NCBI RefSeq assembly: GCF_001194135.2
Contig: NC_068986.1
Location: 78,240,878-78,294,513, forward strand
Direction: 5' to 3'
Length of the DNA: 53,636 nucleotides
DNA from: Octopus bimaculoides
Lineage: Eukaryota
A model generated the notes under the pieces. The model saw only the letters and a program-made list of their open reading frames with translations. It was not told where the DNA came from and did no database searches. Each line of letters opens with the position of its first letter. Position 1 is the first letter of the stretch. The position numbers and the translations under genes were made by a program. This document shows positions 1-13,105 of the stretch, piece after piece.

Positions 1-58
1 TGGGAATCATCTTAAACGTAAGACCGGTCATAATGTCTTACGTTTAAGATGATTCCCA
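1..58. repeat. Perfect 24-bp inverted repeat (hairpin) with 10-nt loop
   Basis: 1-24 TGGGAATCATCTTAAACGTAAGAC is the exact reverse complement of 35-58; loop CGGTCATAAT. It may extend beyond the window start. Confidence 0.95.
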
Positions 59-844
59 TGCATTTCCCTGAGGAGAAGTTTACATTTTTAACATCGCCGA
101 TTACCATGGATCGCATAAATTGTAATGCTTCGAAACATATGTCGGAATAAAGTATGCAGTTATAACATGCGTTTTCTCCATTCCTTAATTTTTAAATATA
201 CTCAAATACTCAAAATATCAAGGAGTTTCTGCCTCACCAACAGGAATTACACCACAGTTATTTTGTGATCTTTGCTACCTTGGTTTATATTAACCCATTT
301 ATTCTATCAGAATTATTATTTATTAGGATAGAATAAATACATATAATTAAATATATATATATATATATGTATGTATGCTTATGTGTGAGTCTTTGTACCT
401 GTGTTTGTCCCCCACCACCATCGCTTGACAACCAATGTTGGTGTGTTTACATCCCTGTAACTTTGTGGTTTAGCAAAAGAAGTCGATTGAATAAGTAACA
501 AGCTTACAAAGAATAAGTCTAGGGGCTGATTACTTCGACTAAAAGGTGGTACTCCAGCATGGCTGCAGTCAAAATGACTGAAACAAGTAAAAGAATAAAA
601 TGAAAAATATATGCTTGTGTGTGTGTGTGTGTGTTAGTTTGCGTATTTATAGAGCAATGCCTTAACTCCTGTCAATTGTAGTGGCTATGTCATGACATAC
701 ACCATGCCTTGGCTATTTTGAATCTGTCAAAGCTCATTCCCTTGCCATGTTTGAACATAATCAATAGCAAGAGAGAAGAATTGATTTCATTGCGGGATTG
801 GTATTTTATTTATCAACCCTGAAATAAGGAAAAAAATAGTTATC

Positions 845-1250
845 CACAGGCACAGGCTGTGGTAAGAAGCTTGCTTCCTAATCACATGGTTCCAAGCAAG
901 TGCCTTCTACTGTATTCTCAAGCTGACCAAAACTTTGTGAGTGGATTTGATAAATAGAAACTAAAAGAAGCCCGTTGTATACATGTGTATATATATACAT
1001 CTATATCTATATGTGTGTGTGTCTTTGTGTCTGTGTTTGTTGTCCCCCACCACCACTTGACAAATGGTGTTGGTGTGTTTATATCTCTGTAACTTAGTGG
1101 TTTGACAAAACGGACTGATAGAATAAGTATTGGGCTTAACAAAAAGTAAGTACTGGGATTGATCCATTTGACTAAAAAACGAATTGTTCAAGGCAGTGCT
1201 CCAGCAGGGTGACAGTCTAATTACTGAAAGAAATAAAAGATAAAAGATAA
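845..1250 (+). mobile_element. Abundant octopod-type tRNA-derived SINE (family A)
   Basis: Head GGCTGTGGTAAGAAGCTTGCTTCC, internal microsatellite, body GTGTTTGT..CCCCCACCACCACTTGACAA, tail GAAAGAAATAAAAGATAAAAGATA. Other copies or fragments lie near 368-600, 7848-8330, 18120-19460, 28100-29070, 30890-31320, 45540-46140, 47640-47740, 49060-49465 and 52400-52550. Confidence 0.85.
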
Positions 1251-1598
1251 AAGGCACATACACACACACACACACACACACATATTCAAAAGTGTATGCA
1301 CTGAACACATACAGTGAGTCCTCTCACTGATTGACATATAGTTTCTTGAGCCTATGTGAAGTTATTTCATAGACATTATTTGAAACTTCTGTGGTTCTTT
1401 CAGTATTCTATCAATGGCGTTGGGAAAGGAGTGAGAGAAGAGTGCTCAAAGGACTTTTGTTGGGCCTCCATGACAGGTGAATAGGAAAGTGGGGAGTTAA
1501 AAATAACGCATGGTTACCATAGCAAGAAGAGTACAGCTTAATATCAAGCAGCTGTCTGAAAGGCTTCCATACAGTTTTGCTTTACCCAAGGCTTAGAG

Positions 1599-1948
1599 CA
1601 GTGGTTCTCAATTGGAGTCCATGTGGTCCCTGTGTGTCTGTATAAGATTTTGAGGTATCTACATAACGAAATAGTAAATTGGTGATCCACAATAGTATTC
1701 TAAGACCCTTGAAAAGATTTTGCTTTAGATGTATGTTTTGGTATGTATTGCAAGAAACAGCCTGGTTTCCTTCTCTAACATTTTACATAGTTCAACCAAC
1801 ACAAGTGAATGTGCAAAAAATAAAATAAGAATTTTGAAAGAAGTTTCTATAAAACTAGTTTTTAAACGTCGACTGGCTATGGGGGGTCCATCAGAATAAA
1901 ATAGCAATCAAAGGGGTTTATAGATAAAAAAATAGTTGAGAACTATTG
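1599..1948. mobile_element. hAT (Charlie-like) MITE
   Basis: TIRs CAGTGGTTCTCAA / TTGAGAACTATTG; 8-bp TSD GCTTAGAG (1591-1598) / GTTTAGAG (1949-1956). A partial sibling lies near 49520-49570. Confidence 0.85.
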
Positions 1949-2127
1949 GTTTAGAGCAACACTACACTATGATACAAACAGCTTACTCAAGCTGCTACAT
2001 CATGGGATTAAACTTGAAAATACATAGCTTTTTAGACACACTCTGCAGTAGACAGATTCAGTTCAATAATGTATTGCATTACTTGTGTGCATGATGGCAT
2101 GCATTTAATATTTAATATTCACCATTA

Positions 2128-2712
2128 AGAAGGCAGCAAGCTGGCAGAATAGTTAGCACACTGGGTGAAATGCTTAGCGGTATTTTGTCTGTTTTTATGT
2201 TCAAATTCCGCTGAGGTTGACTTTGCCCTTCATCCTTTCGGGGTTGATAAATTAAGTTGAAGTTGCATACTGGGATTGATGTAANNNNNNNNNNAAGAAT
2301 ATTCAGCATTATGGTGGGGAGCTGGCAGAATCATTAGTATGCAGAACATAATGCTTTGTGGCATTTGGTCTTTACATTCTGCATTCAAATTCTGTCAAGG
2401 TCAACTTTGCTTTTCCTCCTTTTGGCTTGATAAAGTAAGTACCATGCAAGCACTGGGGCCGATGTAATCAGCTTATCTCCTCCCTGAACTTGCTGGCTTT
2501 GTGTCAAAACTTGAAACCAATATTTAATATCGGGGGATGGGTAAGTTGATAACAATGACTCCAGTGCTTGACTGGTACTTATTTTTTCGACCTCGAAAGG
2601 ATGAAAGGCAAAGTTGACATTGGCAGCATTTGAACTCAGAGCATAAAGACAGGTCAAATGCATTAAACATTTTGATCAGCATGCTAATTATTCTGCTAGT
2701 GCCACTTGCCTT
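2128..2712. mobile_element. Cluster of three family-B SINEs (two plus, one minus)
   Basis: Head GGCNGNGAGCTGGCAGAA and core GACTTTGCCTTTCATCCTTT.GGGGT.GATAAA recur. The minus copy 2531-2712 is flanked by a 17-bp direct repeat AAACCAATATTTAATAT (2514-2530, 2713-2729). Confidence 0.85.
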
Positions 2713-3212
2713 AAACCAATATTTAATATTCAGCTACATTCAATGTTTTGTTTTGTTAGTAAGATATATTACTTCCCCCCACTTTTTTTTAAAGTTCTTG
2801 CAATCATTGATGTAATTAAATATAGATGAATGTAATTTGCTGACGATTGTTTCTTAAACTTACATATACCCAGAAAAAGATATACATGGCAGGGCTATTC
2901 AGCAAAAATATCTTCATTGACTGAGACATGAAATTTTGCCCTGCTAACTTCCTGAGCATTATACAAAATAATAATGAAAAGACTGAGTTGAGTAAATTTG
3001 AACAAACTCAATCTGATGATGAATCTGATGCTTGGTGAAAATAGAGCATCACTCATCCTATCCTGGTGACAGCTGAGCATAAAATAAAATATCCAGAAGT
3101 AATTCTTTCAGTTAACAGATCTATTCAACAAATATCTGCAAATTTCAATGGAGGTGTATTAGAAAAAGCTCAATTTGTTTTTAATCTCTCTGTCTCTCTT
3201 TTCTTCTCTCAG

Positions 3213-3242
3213 TACTATAAAAGAAAAGCAATGATGAAATGG
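3213..3242 (+). CDS. Candidate micro-exon (YYKRKAMMKW), unknown gene
   Basis: Long pyrimidine tract plus CAG acceptor, TGG|GTATGA donor, only one open frame (phase 0-0). No homology recognised. Confidence 0.15.
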
Positions 3243-5938
3243 GTATGATACTGAACAGCACAGCATGATTACACAGTAAACTTTCGGTATTATCAGCAAT
3301 GGGCTATTAAGATAATGGTTGTTAGAGTGCAATTGCTATTGTAGTAATAGTAGTAGTAGTAGTAGTAGTCATCGTCGTCGTCATAATAGTAGTAGAAGTA
3401 AGAAACTGTTATGATAATGAAGGTGAAGTGGTAGGAGTTTTTAGTGTTACTGGTTTCATCTCTACCAATTGTTGAATTTAACAGACACTTCATTATCATT
3501 ATTGTTTTTATACCAAATTTCCCATGCTTGTAGGAACTGAACAGAACTTTTTGAAGCAGTGTTTGACTTCCAGATACCCCTCACAATGCCAATCCACTTT
3601 AGTCACTGCTTACAACACACAAGAATATATAACGCACATATTTTAAAAACCACAGTGCACACTTCTAAATACAAAGTTGATGTTTGTGAAAGATCTGGTT
3701 ATTCCAAATCAAACACAGGAAACCTATTTTCAGAAACAGGTCACGTGAGACATGGCTCATCATCAGGTGGATAGGCTAACCAACTAAAAAAAAAATAATA
3801 AAAATAAAATCAAGTTAATTTTTTTGTCAGTGTGCCATTCAGAAAAACTCGTGAGATGTAGTTTGTCCATGAGTGTTTTAAGCATTGACTGTTTGCTTGA
3901 GATTTTGTTGCATTTTTACAATTTAAATGAGAATGTACTAAGATGAAATAACTTTAGCCTCAGTAAGGTTTGAGCTTAATCTTTAAATCATCTTAAAACT
4001 TTGGAAGTCAACCACTAGCAAGAAACACCAAGGCCTTGCCAAACACAAGACAATGTAAGTGAGAAGACACGAAGCTAAAATCAATATAATATATTTGACT
4101 ATATGAATTTGTATAATACCAGCAATTCTTCTTCCTCATCATCCTCCTCTCCCTCCTTCTACTGCTGCTGCTGCTACTACTACTACTACTACTACTACTA
4201 TCAAAAAACATTACTTATTATGAAGGATTTTCTATATTAATCATTTATTCTTGTAATACCACATCAAAACTTTAACATCAAAGAAACTGCAACACTATAT
4301 TAACTACAGATGATACAGTTATTGTTTGAGTTGAGAGAGTTAACACCCCACAAGGTCTTATTCATCATTTGAAGTGCTTGAAATAACAACTTATTCTCCC
4401 TCAGAGTAATCTCTTTTACTTCCATTTTTCTGTCTTCTCAGTTTTCTCTCCACTCCACCCTGCTATAACACATCTACCATATTCCTGTTCAATCCTCTTA
4501 TGAATAAGTAACAACTAGCTGTATACTACTGTCTCTCTTCCACTACTCCCTCTCCTACCACCCTTTCTCCCTTATCACTGTGTTCTTTCTCATGTTCTTT
4601 TGCTCTCTAGGCCTAGGTCTTCTACTGTTATTTTTCTTCTATTCAATCTCACAGTCACATTGCCTTCAGCAAACAGAGTCAGTGTAGAATCGTGAAAATT
4701 TCCTAGTCATGCAGGAGATAAAGGAACCTCAGTAGTGCTGGTGCCACTATAAAATGCATATAGTACATTTTATATTGTGTTTGATGTCAGGCAGGACGTC
4801 CAGTCATAGAAGTCATGTCAAAAATGAAATATGTAACTGGGCTAAAATTGTGATCTGTTAGTGGAGGCAGTAACACTAAATAAGAACTAACTCAGATCAT
4901 TACAATATGTCCCGCTGATGTCAGCATTGGTCATGGATACAAAGCGATGATGATGATATTTATATATATATATGTGGAGGTCTATGGCTTAGTGGTTAGG
5001 GTGTTGGACTCGTGATTGTAAGATTGTGTGTTGTGTTCTTGAGTAAAACACTTCATTTCATGTTGCTCCAGTCCACTCAGGTGGAGAATATATAAATGCA
5101 ATGAAACAGGGAAACTAGTATGACTTGAGAAGGTAACTGAACTTAACTTTTTATGTGTTTGTGTGTGTGTATGTGTATGTGTTTGAATGTGTGTATATCT
5201 TTATCNNNNNNNNNNNNNNNNNNNNNNNNNNNNNNNNNNNNNNNNNNNNNNNNNNNNNNNNNNNNNNNNNNNNNNNNNNNNNNNNNNNNNNNNNNNNNNN
5301 NNNNNNNNNNNNNNNNNNNNNNNNNNNNNNNNNNNNNNNNNNNNNNNNNNNNNNNNNNNNNNNNNNNNNNNNNNNNNNNNNNNNNNNNNNNNNNNNNNNN
5401 NNNNNNNNNNNNNNNNNNNNNNNNNNNNNNNNNNNNNNNNNNNNNNNNNNNNNNNNNNNNNNNNNNNNNNNNNNNNNNNNNNNNNNNNNNNNNNNNNNNN
5501 NNNNNNNNNNNNNNNNNNNNNNNNNNNNNNNNNNNNNNNNNNNNNNNNNNNNNNNNNNNNNNNNNNNNNNNNNNNNNNNNNNNNNNNNNNNNNNNNNNNN
5601 NNNNNNNNNNNNNNNNNNNNNNNNNNNNNNNNNNNNNNNNNNNNNNNNNNNNNNNNNCTCAGTACTGGTCATTCCTCTTATTTTTGTATGTAATATAATT
5701 TTAATCTTCGGATTTTTTAATATGCTAGACCACTGGTTTTAATTGATTAATATCAATTTCTACCCTTATTAATAAATTTTATATATATATGAAAGAGGTA
5801 TTGGTATCCAGAAGACCCAAAGTGGTAGGTAATGCTATGTAAGTGCTATAGAAGGACCATAGTTAGACTCTTGATAATGATACGAGTGAGTGAGTCTAAT
5901 GCAGGTCTTGTATTTAACATACACAGTCTCATTTTATT

Positions 5939-5979
<41 letters not shown>

Positions 5980-8799
5980 TATATATATATAAAGGTGGTG
6001 CTCCAGCATGGCCGCAGTCATGACTGAAACAAGTAAAAGCATAAAAGAGTATGTGTATGTGTAGAAAGATGAAAAGGAACACATGAGTCGATATGTATAA
6101 GCAAAATAAGACAAGGTAGAAAATGCTAAAATAATTTTATCATGAAGAACATTTTAGTACTGGTTTTAGTCTTTGCAACTTTCCCAACTTAGAGTAATGC
6201 ATGCTTTTCATGCTTTACTACAANNNNNNNNNNNNNNNNNNNNNNNNNNNNNNNNNNNNNNNNNNNNNNNNNNNNNNNNNNNNNNNNNNNNNNNNNNNNN
6301 GTAAAGTAAATGTTAGAGGTAATACTTGATAATTGTAAGCAACTTTGTATGCCAGCTCGTGGTCGGGGTGAATGAATAAATTGGAAATGTAAAATAAAAA
6401 CAAAAAACAAAGGATTCTGCGGTACACGTGTTTCAAGCTTTATAGTTGTTGCATCATAGTATAAAGCTATCTTCAGCTGCAAATGTATTCTTTCCCAAGA
6501 ATTATATCACATAGAATAAGTTAAACTAGGAAGAAACATATATACATATATATATATATACATATATATATACACATATATATATGTATGTGGCTTGTCA
6601 GCTCTGGTCAAACTGTCCAATCCATGCCAGTATAAAATACAGACTTTAAAGGATGATGATGATAATGATGATGATGATGATGAAGATATATGTATATGCA
6701 TATATATATAAGTATTTATTTCTCTATTTCTCTTTTAACATATGTGTGTGCGTGTCGATCTAATAAAATATATATCATCTGTCTAAACTGCATAAAACCT
6801 TGTTCAATTAGTAATTTTATAAATAGCCAAAGTTTATCGATGGATGATGACTGGAATGTGCCAAAGAAAAATTAAGTGGTCTTGAATAAGCCATAATAAT
6901 ACTTAAATACTCAGAGAGAAAGTTTCTTCTACAGATAAATTATTCCACACGAAGTTGGTGTTTATCTGAAATCATTAATTTAACAGGTGTTATCAGAAGA
7001 TTTCACTTTTTGTTCTAGAATGAGCCTTTTCGTAATTCAGGTTAATTTCATAAAGATTAGTGTTAATTGTTCATTACTGAGAAAGAGAAAACAACACAGA
7101 GAGAAAAGAACTGTGAGATAGAGGGAGAGAAGGAGGACTGAACTGAAGAAATAGACAGAGAGAGAGAGAAAAGTGTTGAAGAAATACATAAGAACTAAAG
7201 AAAAAGAGGACAGGAGACAAAAGGAGGGAGAAAGAAAGAGAGGTAAAGTGTGTGAAAGAAAAAGAACTTGTGGGTGTATTTAGCAAGAAATACAACAAAA
7301 GTTAAGCAGGAATGCAAATGAAATATAATGTGCAAAGGCTAGAGGAAGTCTGTTATATTGTACACTTATGTTTTAGAAGCAAGTACATTAGTATCAAGAA
7401 ATCTTTCTTTGATACTGAGGTTGATTCAAAGAAAAGCAATTAACCGTTAACCAAATGACATAGTTATATTGTGATGAACTTCTGTCTTCAAAACTTCACA
7501 GTAGTTTTACAAGATTCTTTAGTTTTTCCTCATCAAAGTAGCTTACAGAAGCATTTTTAAATGCCTGAACAAGCAAGCTATAAAGTTTCTATATATCCAC
7601 ATTATGATAATAAATATTGCCAATATCAATCTGCTATATATGATATAACACATATCAATATTTACTGCCCAAAACTGTCAGTCAAGTACTCACTTCCTAA
7701 GAAGTATATTACACAAAGCCATATAAAGGAAGAAATTACCTGACAGAACTATACAAGCCACCAGACAGTTTGAAAGGCATTTACAGTTCCGATAACCATG
7801 AAAATTTGCAGTTTTTTGTTTAAGTTTCTTTAAAGTACAAGTATTATAGATGCAAGCATGACTGTCTAGTTAAGGAGCTCACTTCGCAACTGTATGGTTT
7901 CAGGTCCGGTTTCACTATGCAGTACCTTCGGTAAATGTCTTCTACTATATCTTCAGGTCAATCAAAGCCCTGTGAATGAATTTTGTAGATGGAAACTGTG
8001 TGGAAGCCCCTCATGTATGTATGTACATATATTCATCTGTGTGTTTGTTTCCTGCTACCACTGTTCAACAACCAGTGTTGAATTTGTTCATGTTGTTGCA
8101 AATTAGTGGACGTTAAACGATGATGATGATATATGTATATATTTATGTATATGTATGTATATATATGTGTATATATCTATGTATGTGTGCCAGTGTTTGT
8201 CCCTGCCTCAAGTACCAGCACCAGGCTTAAAAGAAAAAAAAATGTATTGGGGTAGATACATTTAACTATAAATTCTTCAAGGTGGTGCCCCAGCATGGCC
8301 GCAGTCTAAAAGTAAAAGTAAAAGATAAAAGACATCATCCAATGCTTAAGTTGTAACGTTGTGAATCTGAGGTTCTCAAAGAAAGTACAAACATAGCAGC
8401 AACACATTCGTGAAAATTTCCAAATTTTATGCAGTTCAGTTTTTGACTAAGGTTGTATTAATCCAAATATAAACGAATGAAACAAAATAAAATAAAAATA
8501 AAGCCATGTCACTTAGAGATCAATTATTGGTATGTCAAATAAACCAAAACTAAATGAAAAAAATGTGGTGTGCATCCATATTTATATGTATGGGTGAGTC
8601 TGTATGTGTGTATATGTATGTATATATATAAAGAGAGAGAGAGAGAGAGTCAAAACTATTGAAAAGGTTGCAAGATGCAACGAAAATTTTCGAAAAATAA
8701 AGAAGGAAATAAGTAGAAATTTTACCGGTGAGTGTGTTAAATTATAAGGCACTAAAAGAGAATGACTCTCCCCAGACACAACAGTATATATATATATAT

Positions 8800-9030
8800 A
8801 TATATATCATCATCATCATCATCATCATCATCATTTAACATTCACTTTTCAAGCTGGCATGGGTTGGATGGTTTGACAGGAGCTGGCTAGGCAGAAGATT
8901 GCACCAGGCTTCTGTGTCAGTTTGGTATGATTTCTACGGCTGAATGCCTTTCCTAACACCAGCCACCCTGCAGAGTGAAGTGAGTGCTTTTTACATGGCA
9001 CCTGCACAAGTGAAGTCAGTTTTGGCATGG
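8800..9030 (-). mobile_element. SINE/LINE 3' tail family ending in (GAT)n (family D)
   Basis: Reverse complement of ..GGTGTTAGGAAAGGCATTCAGCCGTAGAAA..CCAACCCATGCCAGC..TTAAATGATGATG; same tail as 12772-13105. Confidence 0.75.
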
Positions 9031-10395
9031 TTTCTATCTCACATACACTCATACATGTTTGTGTGTCTGTGTGTCTGTGTGTATGTGTGCATGTGTGCAT
9101 GCATGCATGCATGACATTGCTAAGTCACAAAAAACGAATTACTCTGTAAAGACTTTTGAAATGTAAGAAAGTCATAACTCATTCAGAGTATCTGATCAGT
9201 TGATGACTTGCATGGCTTAACACCATAACCATGTTGTTTAAATGGAACCATACTGTCTCATCATTATTGTAATTTAGAACAGTAATCACTAGAGGTTGCA
9301 GTCAGCTATTTCAATGACAGACTAGTAATCATAAAAGGGTAAATAATCCTAGGGAAAAGTATAGTTATTAAATATTTTCTAAGAAAGAATTAACTCTTGA
9401 TTTTGTTAAAAAAATAGCTTTTACATTTTAAATGGACAGTTTTAATTTTCTATGAAATCATAAATGATTCTGTAAATGGATAGTCCACAGTGATCTCTTA
9501 TTAAGTTTGCTCCATTTATGGTGAATGCATTCTCTTATCACAAACATAAATGGACCTACTTTGTGAAAAAATATGCTAACATGTTTTTATAATTGAATAT
9601 ACACATGGATGGCATAATTATAATTTATGATAAACTGATATCTAAAAATGATATAAAACAATATGTAACTTAGCAACGTTAATTGAAAATAAATTGACAG
9701 TAGATTGAAATGGTGAATGAGAAGAGTTGCTGTTTGTTCCAGTTGAGCTTTATGTTTTTTTTTTTTTTTTTTTTTTTTTTGCTTTCTTTCAGAATTGATA
9801 AATACAGTGTCAATCTTGGGTAGAGGGTCTGTAAAACCATTAAAACAGTGTCTGTCCAGCTCTTTGTTTTGAGTTCAAATTCAGTTCAAATATCAATGAC
9901 TAACCACCCAATTGTAGGATCACTCCATCCAATCCATAATTCATGAGTATGGATAGGTAAGTCTGTAAGCATCATAGATAAGCTGGCAACAGCAAGCTGA
10001 AGCTTCATTCAGCAATGGATTAACACAGGCTAAATGGAAAGGTTCAGACTAAAATTTAAAACATTATCATGCATGTGAGGAAGACATAACTAAATTATTT
10101 TACAAAAATTATATTTTGTTGTTAAAAGTAAGAACAGCAGTTCACTTTATTAGATAACATTTTATGCTTCTACAGACAGGCAGGTTGCAATTGTAAAGTA
10201 TGACCACTAATTTTGGCTCATTAAAAACATGAAAAAAAATACCTAGACGTATAAATATGTTATCATTTTATTTTAAATAATATTGAAATCCAAGTGATTA
10301 ATAAAGTAAAAATATTTTTTAAAATATAAAATCTTTCATATGGATGAGTAATACACACACGTGCATGCACACACACACACATACACACAAACACA

Positions 10396-10439
<44 letters not shown>

Positions 10440-10759
10440 TGAATTAATAATTTCACTTATAAAATAACAGAGAAAAGAAAACAGAAAATTATCCAATTTA
10501 TTTTAATTTTGCATTAAAATAAACTTTCGGCAAAACATCCAGCAAGTGAATATTAGAAATTTTATTTAAAATGTAAAGAAGCATCCAAGTGTATTAAATA
10601 CTTTGGTCCGACAGATAAGAACCAATAACACATATTGTCAACATCCATGGTCTTGTGTGAAAGACAGAAGTCCTTTATGCATTTTTATTTTGCAAATATC
10701 ATCTGAAATGTAGGAACTGGTTTCAGAATGCTATACCCATGAGAATTTCAAAGTCACTT

Positions 10760-10892
10760 GGATCACCTGAATCAACCAGGCTGTCTGGTGCCAAGTTGGC
10801 TCTGCTCACCACAGCATTCCCTCCGTTCCTTTCATGCTCTCGCCATTCTCCTCTACGTTGTTCCAAACATTTTTCTTAAATCATCTTCCCAC
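10760..10892 (-). mobile_element. RTE-clade LINE 3' fragment
   Basis: Minus strand reads TWWEDDLRKMFGTT*RRMARA*KERREC, matching the RTE ORF C-terminal pattern (RWxDDxxK..W.R.A..R..W), and ends near GATCCAAGTGA. Confidence 0.6.
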
Positions 10893-11054
10893 CAGGTTGC
10901 AATTGTAAAGTATGACCACTAATTTTGTGATATGGGATGTAATTTCACCTTTACAGAAATTTGGACATTGTTTAAGAATTTTTAAAGTAAAGAATAATGA
11001 TACATATGAATAAGACACTATTTTCTTTTAGGTATAATATATATTTGGTATTAA

Positions 11055-11412
11055 TGTAAGATCTCTGGAGTCATGTTACTTTATAGGATGTGTAGCATGG
11101 AGGTTGGAGAGGGTCTCCAAGTTGGGTTACAACTTCATTGAGATGTCAGAGCTTGGGTACTCTGGACATGTGCTCAGAATGAAGCAGAAAAGAATCACAA
11201 TACAGTTTCTTCAAGTGGAGCCAGCTGGTGGGAGACCTAGGAGTAGACTGTGGGTGAGGTCTTTGGATTATATCCATACTCTCAATTGGTTATGCTTGGA
11301 AATCTAGCAGGAAAGTTTAATGATGGTTGCTTCTGATAAGATCCATGGAGGAGGTTCCTGAGGACTCTACCTCCTACCATGACCTTCACAGGAGAAGTAG
11401 GCAACAAAAATG
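11055..11412 (+). mobile_element. RTE-clade LINE (Expander/Rex3-like) 3' fragment, degraded
   Basis: Translation includes ISGVMLLYRMCSMEVGEGLQ, SELGYSGHVLRMKQKRI, AGGRPRSRLWVRSLDYIHTL and WRRFLRTLPP; followed by a GGATGGATGG tail. Confidence 0.8.
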
Positions 11413-11886
11413 GGTGGATGGATGGTGTGCCTCTATTGACTGTATGTGCTGTTGTGTGGATTTTTGTTATCTTGCCACTACTGTTCCATTTACCAATGGC
11501 TTCCTGGTGGTGTTGGGTTGTGTCTGTGGGCATCCTGTAGCGAGAAGACATGACACAAGAATGACCTGTCATCAGTCGTGTATGGTGGCATATGAATACA
11601 GACAAGAACTATTTCCATGGATTCTGATCATCCCTTGAAACTCCTATGAACTTACAGTGGTGCAGTGAACTCAATAGGAGCTGGCTTAACCCCTCTTGGG
11701 TGAATGCTGTTACAAGACAAGACAAGAAGACTGTTGGATCTAACTTTCACAAACATACAGCACATAGAGTACAGTGTATTACCGTTATGTAAGATGTATT
11801 ACCATTATGTACCATTATAGAAGAGGCCAACAAGTGGAAGGAAAGGCAATCATATATAAAGGAGTTGCAAAATAATTATATTAGAT

Positions 11887-12450
<564 letters not shown>

Positions 12451-12476
12451 CATTTGACATTAAACTTGATGCTTAC

Positions 12477-12539
12477 AAAGGTTTCATGAAGGGAATAACT
12501 CATTCTTATCGCAAACACAGTGAGAACAATATGTGACAA
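12477..12539 (-). CDS. Candidate exon (LSHIVLTVFAIRMSYSLHETF), unknown gene
   Basis: TATTTTGCTTCAG acceptor, TTT|GTAAGC donor, 63 bp, only the phase 0-0 frame open. Conflicts with the plus-strand model. Confidence 0.18.
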
Positions 12540-12771
12540 CTGAAGCAAAATATAGTAAAATGGTAAAGCAGCTACTCTGTTTGATGCCAGATATTGTTTT
12601 GCTTTTCATAAAACTGATGAGATACTTAATATAGAGTAATTCCTCGGTGTGGGGATTAATGATAAAACTGTACCATTAAACATAATGGTTATTCAAGTGA
12701 AAAATAAAACTTTATTCTAATGTATATCTAATGTTTTCATGCACTGTACATGTTTAAAATGGGTATTTTTG

Positions 12772-13105
12772 TGCACCATTTTGAGCGTGGCCGTTGCCAG
12801 TACCGCCTGACTGGCTCCCGTAGGATTTTCGAGTGAGATCGTTGCCAGTGCCCCTGGACTGGCTTGTGCGGGTGGCACATAAAAGACACCATTTCGAGCG
12901 TGGTCGTTTTCGTGCGGGTGACACGTAAAAGCACCCACTACACTCTCTGAGTGGTTGGCGTTAGGAAGGGCATCCAGCTGTAGAAACTCTGCCAAATTAG
13001 ATTGGAGCCTGGTGTTGCCATCCGGTTTCACCAGTCCTCAGTCAAATCGTCCAACCCATGCTAGCATGGAAAGCGGACGTTAAACGATGATGATGATGAT
13101 GATGA
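12772..13105 (+). mobile_element. Young, CpG-rich family-D element with modular stem-loop body and (GAT)n tail
   Basis: Repeated GCCAGT-N8-ACTGGC and GTGCGGGTG(G/A)CAC(A/G)TAAAAG modules, then TGGTTGGCGTTAGGAAGGGCATCCAGCTGTAGAAAC..GCATGGAAAGCGGACGTTAAACGATGATG. Confidence 0.85.

Noticed and set aside
2865-7830. Hydrophobic minus-strand exon candidates (2865-2921, 3613-3663, about 7693-7830) suggesting a membrane protein
   Set aside because: AT-rich DNA translates to I/L/F/Y-rich peptides by default; no recognisable family, and phases do not chain uniquely.
11420-11640. Minus-strand ORF with faint similarity to an I-clade LINE C-terminus
   Set aside because: Key motif residues (RLRIGH, CCHC knuckle) are not convincingly present.
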